Source of the DNA: a virus
Lineage: Duplodnaviria; Caudoviricetes
DNA length: 41,736 nucleotides
Direction: 5' to 3' (one strand)
Virus record (IMG/VR): IMGVR_UViG_3300044728_000096
Coordinates: 1-41,736 of that record
Both the position numbers and the translations under genes were made by a program. The notes under the pieces are model-generated. The model had not been told where the DNA came from and searched no databases. It saw only the letters and a list, made by a program, of their open reading frames with translations. This document shows, piece by piece, positions 35,738-41,736 of the stretch. The stretch's first letter is position 1. Each line of letters opens with the position of its first letter.

Positions 35738-36795
35738 TTGGTCGTCTCCTCTGTCGTCTCAATCAGTAGTGGTGTGTCGGCATCCGCATCCACGCGGAAC
35801 ACCGGGGTGGGGTCCACGCTGGAGGTGTGGAGGCTACGCAGCGCAGCCACCGTCTCCAGCGGGTCCATGTTGACTGGGAACGTCCCCAGCGCGAGCTGTC
35901 CCACCAGCCCCTCCAGACCGGCAGCATACTCCTTGTAGGCCACCTTGGCGTAGCCGGCCCGCACCTTGTAGCTGATCTTGAGCCCCGGTGCTTGGAGCTC
36001 CTCAGCGCCTCCCATCAGCATCTGAACCTGCTGCTTGAGCAGCTCCTCCTGCGTCTCATACCACTCCCGCCGGCGCCGTGTCTTCAGGAGCTCCCTGAGC
36101 AGCCCGTACTGGTGCGGCAGTGCGATCATCGGTGGCTCCAGCTCGGCCCGCATCCGGCTGGCCTTGACCATCCGGCCCGAGCCCTCCGTGCCGTCCACAT
36201 CGGGCTGCCGGCCCTCCACGATGTGGGTCTGCCACCACTCCGCGAGCTCCTCGCGCATGAGCTCCACCCAGCGTCCCCACTCCACTGTGTAGATGAGCGC
36301 CTCAAGCCGGCCACCAATCAACACGATCAGGTCAGCCCGCCGGCGTCCAGTCAGGTCCATGTAGTGGCCCACCTGCGCCTTGTAGTGGGCAGGCACCTCG
36401 TCCGTGCCCGGCTCGCCCCAGCCATCCGGCCACGCGGCCAGCTTGACCTCCAGCACGAGCTCCTTGTCCAGCCCGTCCGGCCGGCCAATCTGCCACGGCC
36501 GCTCCGGATGGCGGATCAGCCTGTGGACCTTGCGCGCCTTGCGCCCTGTCCGCTCGTTGTAGGCTCGCCGCACCGCATCCTCCAGCACGGTGCCCCAGTA
36601 CATGCGCTCTGTCTCCTCCACCACGGGTGGCCCCTCGCCCATCTTGTCCAGCCACACGTCGTGAGCCGTCGCCCACGGGCTGATCCCCAGCACGGCTGCG
36701 GCGTCTGATCCGCCCAGCCCAATCCTGCGCTCCGCGAGCTCCACGAGCGTCAGCCCTGCTTGACGCGAGCTCGGTGTGCGCGTATCCTCCGTCAT
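35734..36795 (-). CDS. YqaJ-like exonuclease
   Basis: RRIGLGGSDAAAVLG.SPW, G..LE, PDG, LEVK, Y.AQV.HYM; start at ATG 36795. Confidence 0.9.
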   Translation of the reverse strand: MTEDTRTPSSRQAGLTLVELAERRIGLGGSDAAAVLGISPWATAHDVWLDKMGEGPPVVEETERMYWGTVLEDAVRRAYNERTGRKARKVHRLIRHPERPWQIGRPDGLDKELVLEVKLAAWPDGWGEPGTDEVPAHYKAQVGHYMDLTGRRRADLIVLIGGRLEALIYTVEWGRWVELMREELAEWWQTHIVEGRQPDVDGTEGSGRMVKASRMRAELEPPMIALPHQYGLLRELLKTRRRREWYETQEELLKQQVQMLMGGAEELQAPGLKISYKVRAGYAKVAYKEYAAGLEGLVGQLALGTFPVNMDPLETVAALRSLHTSSVDPTPVFRVDADADTPLLIETTEETTK

Positions 36796-36862
36796 GGTCG
36801 TCTCCTCCTTGTGAGGTAGAGCAGCGTCAGGCCGGCGGATCACCCCGCCGGCCTTGCTGCTG

Positions 36863-37165
36863 TTATGTGGGCTCATCGGGCTCCCCGAACAGCGTTGTCT
36901 GCTCCCGCTCCACCACCGTGCCGTCTGGCCGCCGGTAGCTGACGTCAGTGGGAGCTCGCCGGCGCACCGGCTTGCGGTACAGCACGAGGTGGCCGGCTTG
37001 GAATGCCTTGAGCTCGTCCTCTGTGTTGAGCATCACGAGCTCCACGAGCCCGTGCCAGCGATCCTCAGCGTGGTGCGCGAGCTCCTCCCACACCTCGCCC
37101 GGCTCCACGGCCATGCCGCTGTCCGGGTCCGGCTCCCGGAGCTGGACGCCCAGCAGCGGTCTCAC
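36863..37165 (-). CDS. Hypothetical protein
   Basis: GTG start coupled to upstream small TM gene. Confidence 0.55.
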   Translation of the reverse strand: MRPLLGVQLREPDPDSGMAVEPGEVWEELAHHAEDRWHGLVELVMLNTEDELKAFQAGHLVLYRKPVRRRAPTDVSYRRPDGTVVEREQTTLFGEPDEPT

Positions 37166-37305
37166 GTCGCCCCCACGCCCAGCCACGCCAGCAGCCCGAG
37201 CGCCAGCAGGATGAGGCTGATGGCGCCGGCCATCAGGAGGCAGCCCAGCCCCTGCTGGACCGGGGTGGCGTTGCGCCACCCCGTGTTCCTGTTGTCCTCG
37301 GTCAC
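37162..37305 (-). CDS. 47 aa single-TM protein
   Basis: Own translation MTEDNRNTGWRNATPVQQGLGCLLMAGAISLILLALGLLAWLGVGAT; coupled at both ends. Confidence 0.55.
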   Translation of the reverse strand: MTEDNRNTGWRNATPVQQGLGCLLMAGAISLILLALGLLAWLGVGAT

Positions 37306-37529
37306 TGCTGCCTCCCGCCGGCCAGCCCGAGCTCCACGCCCGGCCGGTCCACGATGGTGAGATGGATGAGCCGGCCATCGGGTGTCTCCGCCGGCGTGGC
37401 TTGGATCAGGTGCCGGAGGTCATGGCTGGCCTCGTCCAGCTCCTCCGCCGTGAACGTGATCTGGCCGCCTTGGCGGTCCAGCAGCACCATCAGCATCGCC
37501 ACCATGCTGTTGTTCGGCATGGTCTTCAT
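37302..37529 (-). CDS. Hypothetical protein
   Basis: ATGA-coupled, GAGGAG RBS. Confidence 0.65.
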   Translation of the reverse strand: MKTMPNNSMVAMLMVLLDRQGGQITFTAEELDEASHDLRHLIQATPAETPDGRLIHLTIVDRPGVELGLAGGRQQ

Positions 37530-38260
37530 CGCCGCTCCTCAATCAGCTTGTGTGCGTACTCACGGAGTGCCAGCGCCTCCTCTGCGATGGCGAGCTCCTC
37601 AAACACCACCTCCACATACGGGTTGTCGTCTGGCGCCAGCCGTGCGATCCTGCGTGCGCTCAGGTAGGCGTTGAGCATAGGCGTGTCCGGCATCACGGAG
37701 GTGCCTCGCTGGCCATCTCCGTTGGCCGTAGCTGGTCCCGGCGGTGGCTCCTCCTCCGGCTCCTCGCGCCGGGCCATCGGCCTGCGAACCGCGCTGATGC
37801 GCCGGCCCTCACGCTTGACCTCCAGCACGCCGTCCACGGTCAGCTTGGAGGCTGTGACGGCCACGCTGTCGGCCTTGTCCGGCGGCACGCCCATCGCCGC
37901 CGTCAGGCTGCGCCAGCCGTCCGGGAGCTCCACCCAGCCTCCCACCATGCCGGCCGGCTGCCGGGTGATCCACGCAAGGATGTTGTCCCGGTGTCGGTGG
38001 ACTGGTGGCTTGAGCTCGGCCAAAGCCGCCTCATTGGCTTTGCCCCGGCGCAGCCGCAGCCGCGTCATCCGGTCCCCGTCCCACTGCACGCTGATCAAGC
38101 CCTCCTTGCGTAGCTGGTCCAGATTCTTGGCGAGGTCATGGCCGCTCAGGCCATGCTGTTTGCCCAGCGCCTCCGGGGTCAGGTCCACCCGTCCCCGGCT
38201 GTCTGCGGCCGCAGTGATGGCGGCCATGAGTTGCTCCTTGATGGTCACTTCCCCTCCCAC
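37526..38260 (-). CDS. Tandem winged-HTH-like DNA-binding protein
   Basis: Two similar units ending L..L...G.I.V...G.R....R. Confidence 0.6.
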   Translation of the reverse strand: MGGEVTIKEQLMAAITAAADSRGRVDLTPEALGKQHGLSGHDLAKNLDQLRKEGLISVQWDGDRMTRLRLRRGKANEAALAELKPPVHRHRDNILAWITRQPAGMVGGWVELPDGWRSLTAAMGVPPDKADSVAVTASKLTVDGVLEVKREGRRISAVRRPMARREEPEEEPPPGPATANGDGQRGTSVMPDTPMLNAYLSARRIARLAPDDNPYVEVVFEELAIAEEALALREYAHKLIEERR

Positions 38261-38694
38261 ACTGCTATGGTCCGGGCGTGGCCTGTCTCGCGGGAGCTCT
38301 TGGTGAACCCCACCTTGCGGATCAGCCCAGCCCGAGCTGCGGCGTTGATGCGGGCGCCGATGGCATTGAAGTGGTTGTCCGGGACACCCACTGCGGCCAC
38401 CAACACGTCACTCGTGAACTGCTCACCGGATCGGGCAAGCAGCCGGAGCTCCCGGTCAGCCGCCTCAGTCCAGCCCTCCGCGACGGCTGCGCGCTCAGCA
38501 CGCCCCATCCCGGCCTGAGCTCGCCGCTCGCCCACCTTGGCGCCGGCGTTGACCGGAGCTCCCGGCCGCCACACCGTCTGTTTGCCGCACACGCGGCACT
38601 TCCCCAGCTTGGTGGCGGGCACCACGCTGTTCACGAGCCCGGAGTCATCGCCCCGCTGTAGCCCGCACCCCTGACATGTCCATTTGGTCGTCAT
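38245..38694 (-). CDS. Zn ribbon plus wHTH-like protein
   Basis: CQGC...CRVC; FTSD...NAIGA...A...GLI...S.R...HAR...VW. Confidence 0.7.
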   Translation of the reverse strand: MTTKWTCQGCGLQRGDDSGLVNSVVPATKLGKCRVCGKQTVWRPGAPVNAGAKVGERRAQAGMGRAERAAVAEGWTEAADRELRLLARSGEQFTSDVLVAAVGVPDNHFNAIGARINAAARAGLIRKVGFTKSSRETGHARTIAVWEGK

Positions 38695-38863
38695 GGTCGT
38701 CTCCTCTGTGCCTTGGCTTCCACGCCAGCACGTCACGCCGGCGGATCAGGTAGTCACGCGCCGGCTTGCGGCCCTTGAGCCGTCCCTCGCGGATGGCCCG
38801 GCGCACGCTTGACTGATCCACGCCGGCGAGCTCAGCCGCCTCTGCGGTGCTCATCTCGTCCAC
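38645..38863 (-). CDS. Excisionase/MerR-like HTH protein
   Basis: MSTAEAAELAGVDQSSVRRAIREGRLKG; first gene after promoter 38930. Confidence 0.8.
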   Translation of the reverse strand: MDEMSTAEAAELAGVDQSSVRRAIREGRLKGRKPARDYLIRRRDVLAWKPRHRGDDHDDQMDMSGVRATAGR

Positions 38864-38929
38864 GTGTGGTCCTCCTGTGTTGTGCGGGGTGCCCGGTCTG
38901 AGGGGTTGGACCGGGCGCCTCGCCGGCGG

Positions 38930-38959
38930 AGTCTACGCCCCGTAGCGGGCGCTCGTCAA
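38930..38959 (-). promoter_or_regulatory. Promoter TTGACG-N18-TAGACT with palindromic spacer
   Basis: Near-consensus hexamers; spacer CGCCCCGTAGCGGGCG. Confidence 0.75.
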
Positions 38960-38983
38960 CCCCGAGCTGCTAGGATGCGCAGG

Positions 38984-39033
38984 AACGCAAAGAGCCCCAG
39001 CCCTTGACATAAGTCACAGGTGCTGGGGCTCTC
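38984..39033 (-). terminator. Intrinsic terminator-like hairpin
   Basis: AGAGCCCCAGC...GCTGGGGCTCT followed by TTGCGTT on minus strand. Confidence 0.55.
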
Positions 39034-39039
39034 ATTGCT

Positions 39040-39065
39040 TCTAGGGCTGTCTCCGTTGGCCCTAG
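39040..39065 (-). promoter_or_regulatory. Dispersed CTAGG-flanked element overlapping a stop codon
   Basis: CTAGGGCTGTCTCCGTTGGCCCTAG. Confidence 0.7.
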
Positions 39066-39316
39066 GGCTGGTCTGGGCTCACCTCCTCGGCCGGCTCCTC
39101 GCTGATGGGGAACACCGACACGCTCCCGGCAAAGCCGGCCGGGATGCGCGCCGTGAGCTGGTGCTCCTCGTCCTTGAGGGTGTACACGATGGAGATGATG
39201 GCGTGACCGATGGCCCGGTTGGCCCACTGGTCGCTGATCGCCGGTGACTCCGCGTTGTCAGCCGCACGTGCGGCGTCCTCTGCCATCCGGAGGTGTTGCT
39301 CAGCTAGGTCCATCAT
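39062..39316 (-). CDS. Hypothetical protein
   Basis: MMDLAEQHLR... start behind GGGAGG. Confidence 0.65.
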   Translation of the reverse strand: MMDLAEQHLRMAEDAARAADNAESPAISDQWANRAIGHAIISIVYTLKDEEHQLTARIPAGFAGSVSVFPISEEPAEEVSPDQP

Positions 39317-39477
39317 GCCTCCCATCTCCGGCAGCCGGGACAGCCGGGCTTGGAGCAGCCGGAGCTCGTCCACCTCACCCGGTGCCCCTCTGCCTTGAAC
39401 CGATCCTTGGTGGCCTGCGGAGCTCCGCTGTGCCACTTGTGCTCGTGGCCGCAGAACAGGCAGCGCCGCTCTGTCAC
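39313..39477 (-). CDS. 54 aa Cys/His protein
   Basis: Own translation has CLFCGH.H..H...C...GC.GC; coupled both ends. Confidence 0.5.
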   Translation of the reverse strand: MTERRCLFCGHEHKWHSGAPQATKDRFKAEGHRVRWTSSGCSKPGCPGCRRWEA

Positions 39478-39725
39478 CGCTGCCACGCTGCGAGCTCCGC
39501 CAGCGGGATGGCCCGGTGCGGCGCCTGCGGCTCGGCCTGATACCGCTGCATCTGAAGCTTGGTGAGCCCGTAGCCGCAGACTGCGCAGATGTCCGTGCTG
39601 AGGTCCAGCCGCGCTGTCGTGGACAGCCGGACACCGTACCGCACGAGCAGCCGGCCCTCCGGCGTGCGTGGGCGTGGGATCAGGACAGCCGGGTGGAACG
39701 TGCCCGGATTGCGCTGCTCAGCCAC
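39474..39725 (-). CDS. Hypothetical protein
   Basis: GGAGG RBS, CAVC motif. Confidence 0.5.
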   Translation of the reverse strand: MAEQRNPGTFHPAVLIPRPRTPEGRLLVRYGVRLSTTARLDLSTDICAVCGYGLTKLQMQRYQAEPQAPHRAIPLAELAAWQR

Positions 39726-40041
39726 GGTCCACCTCCATCCCGAGCTCCGCGCCGGCTCCACGCTCGCCGCGTGCGGCAGCGGCTGCCGCGACAGCCTGCC
39801 AGTCAGCCCGGCGGGCGCCCTCCATGCGCTGCTGGATCATGCGCACCTCACTCACGAAGTTGTCCACCGCAGCCTCCATGCGCTCCGCCCACTCCAGTGC
39901 GGCGTCGCAATCCTCTGCGGCCACCGGCTCCAGCCGGGCCACCCGGACCAGCGTGGGCCCGTCTGCGGTGTTGAGCTCAAGGTCCATCGCCACGAGCTCG
40001 CGCTCACGGTCAGCGTGGACCACCGGCTCCATCTTGAACAT
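39718..40041 (-). CDS. Hypothetical protein
   Basis: Start at ATG 40041 behind GAGGAGACGACC. Confidence 0.7.
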   Translation of the reverse strand: MFKMEPVVHADRERELVAMDLELNTADGPTLVRVARLEPVAAEDCDAALEWAERMEAAVDNFVSEVRMIQQRMEGARRADWQAVAAAAAARGERGAGAELGMEVDRG

Positions 40042-40055
40042 TGGTCGTCTCCTCT

Positions 40056-40093
40056 GAAACACAAACAGCCGGCGAGCTCGTGCCCGCCGGCTG
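40056..40093 (-). terminator. Intrinsic terminator
   Basis: CAGCCGGCG...CGCCGGCTG stem followed by TTTGTGTTTC. Confidence 0.65.
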
Positions 40094-40105
40094 ATGTGGT
40101 GGTGC

Positions 40106-40744
40106 CTACGCCCTCGCAGTGAGGTCAACAGGCTTGGTCTTTGCCTTGGTGGCCGGCTTGGGAGCCGGAGCCTTGGCCTTGGTGGCGCCGTTGCCCTTGG
40201 CAGCGGCTGCCTTGGGAGCAGGCTTGACCTTGTCGGCCTTGAGCGCCTCCTTGTCCTTGATGGCCTGCTGCCGCTCTGCGACAGTCGCCACGCTGGCTGC
40301 GAGCACGTGAGCCGCGCACACCTTGATGGTCTGGCCACCCTCGGTCTCACGGTCCACCACGCCCACGCCCTTGCAGGCTCGCGGATCGCGCTTGGGTCCG
40401 GTGGCAGCCTGACACGGGCTCTCCTTGGCCCACGCGGAGCTGGCCTTGACCCGGTCAAACGGGGTGGACGGCTTGGCCGCCACCTTGTTCGCCGGCTTGG
40501 CCGCCGGCTTGGCTGCGGCCTTGGTGGCCGGCTTGGTGTCTGTCGCCTTGGTCGCCATTGTGTCCTCCTTGGGACTGCGGCGGGGTGGGGTGTTGAACAC
40601 CTCGTCCACTTTGTCCGCCTGTAGGTGGGAGCCACGCTCAACGTGGCTGCTGTCGAAGATGGTGCCCCGGAGCTCCGGCGGGAGCTCGTCCGGCGGCGTG
40701 TCCGCCGTGACCACTTGGGGCTTGGAGGTGGTCGGTTTGGTCAT
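40106..40744 (-). CDS. Lys/Ala/Pro-rich histone H1-like protein with central Cys/His core
   Basis: KPATKAAAKPAAKP and KAKAPAPKPATKAK tails; second in-frame RBS+ATG at 40558. Confidence 0.75.
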   Translation of the reverse strand: MTKPTTSKPQVVTADTPPDELPPELRGTIFDSSHVERGSHLQADKVDEVFNTPPRRSPKEDTMATKATDTKPATKAAAKPAAKPANKVAAKPSTPFDRVKASSAWAKESPCQAATGPKRDPRACKGVGVVDRETEGGQTIKVCAAHVLAASVATVAERQQAIKDKEALKADKVKPAPKAAAAKGNGATKAKAPAPKPATKAKTKPVDLTARA

Positions 40745-40806
40745 CTCGTCTCCTCAGAGCCTAGATGTGGGTGCGGCGCCCTCACGCGGGCGCCACGTTG
40801 ACCCGG

Positions 40807-40836
40807 AGTCTACGCCCGATTGCGGGCGCTCGTCTA
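40807..40836 (-). promoter_or_regulatory. Promoter TAGACG-N18-TAGACT with CGCCCG-N4-CGGGCG palindrome
   Basis: Near copy of the 38930 promoter. Confidence 0.7.
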
Positions 40837-41028
40837 CCGGGAGCTGGTATGCCACTGGGCGTGGTGGCCGTCAGACCACGTGCTGGCCTTGCGGGTCAGG
40901 CACGCGCTGGCGTTGTGGTTGGCTGCGTCGCACTCGGAGCACAGCCCTGTGGTCCTGACCGGGAGCAGGCAGCCCCGGTCGCACGTGCAGTGGATGAACT
41001 CCACTGTGATGCCCGCTATCGTCTCCAT
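40834..41028 (-). CDS. 64 aa Cys/His-rich protein (5' end repeated at 1-50)
   Basis: METIAGITVEFIHCTCDRGC...CSEC; GAGACGACC RBS. Confidence 0.6.
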   Translation of the reverse strand: METIAGITVEFIHCTCDRGCLLPVRTTGLCSECDAANHNASACLTRKASTWSDGHHAQWHTSSR

Positions 41029-41736
41029 GACTGGTCGTCTCTTGGGAGCTCCTCGCCGGCGCCGATCTGGCCGCCGGTCAGACCAATCATACCCCGAACA
41101 GGGGTTGTGAGTAAACCGAACACTTGGTTGGCTCCGCACACGATTGTGTGAGGCGCCACACGAAGATTGTCGAGCCGGCCTGACCTCCCACACCGTGTGG
41201 CAGCCAAGCCGGCCGTGTGTAATGGCGCCGGAGCTGAGGAGCGCAACGCTACCGCAGCCCGGCGTCAATGTGATGGTAGGATACAGGATCGTGGCCGGAG
41301 GTGGCACGCTGCGCATCTCCGTTGGCCCTAGGCGGTGACGCGGCGGAGCTCCTCAGTCAGTCCGCCTCCATGTCCTCACGGCTGACCGGCGCCAGCCATG
41401 CGTCCCCGCCGTCACTCGCCGGCGTCCACTTCTCACTGTCGTGGCTGAAGCCGTAGCCGTCCTCAGTCACCCGGATGCCGATGGGCTCGCTGCCCTGCCC
41501 GAGCTCGATGTTGATGGCGATGGCCCGGTTGCCCGGTCCCACGATGTTGATTTGGTCCAGCCATGACCCCTCCTCGCGCTCTGCGATGGTGGCCACTGGC
41601 TCGTGGCTACTGAAGATGCCGCCGGCCGGGTTGACCCGATCCACGTACACCGTCCACTCTCTGGTCGTCACTCCTGTGTCTCCTCTGTGATCCCGAGCTC
41701 CTCAAGCATGAGCTCGATTCGTGCGGGCACCGCGTG
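40979..41736. repeat. Imperfect terminal direct repeat, copy 2
   Basis: See 1-734. Confidence 0.95.
41357..41671 (-). CDS. Hypothetical early protein (allele B of 355-669)
   Basis: 104 aa, about 7 substitutions versus allele A. Confidence 0.8.
   Translation of the reverse strand: MTTREWTVYVDRVNPAGGIFSSHEPVATIAEREEGSWLDQINIVGPGNRAIAINIELGQGSEPIGIRVTEDGYGFSHDSEKWTPASDGGDAWLAPVSREDMEAD

Noticed and set aside
301-41331. CRISPR array from the ~28-bp repeated element
   Set aside because: Copies are kilobases apart with no regular spacers and no cas genes

Overview
The window is an apparently complete, circularly permuted ~41 kb genome of a high-GC tailed phage (siphovirus-type). Essentially every credible gene is on the minus strand. 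Transcription order (high to low coordinate): early small genes, HTH protein, YqaJ exonuclease/RecT, HNH, HTH replication-type protein and RusA; a DNA-modification cluster; small Zn-finger genes; terminases, portal, head, tail and lysis genes; a sortase-type surface protein; a ~1 kb non-coding region; a second early operon. The most notable system is a predicted post-replicative thymidine hypermodification pathway: ParB-like protein, TET/JBP dioxygenase, aGPT-Pplase2 amino-acid:DNA transferase, FAD oxidoreductase and 5hmU DNA kinase. I found no dUMP hydroxymethylase, DNA polymerase or acetyltransferase. Other signals read from the DNA: ten same-strand copies of a CTCCGTTGGC(CCTAG) element, very high density of GAGCTC with scarce TCGA, a ~170-nt rod-like structured RNA in a long leader, promoters with palindromic spacers, an extended GAGGAGACGACC start motif, and a -1 frameshift in the tail chaperone. 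The minor capsid protein carries a zincin domain, and the two window ends overlap as two divergent alleles. All family assignments come from motif recognition by eye, not from database searches.
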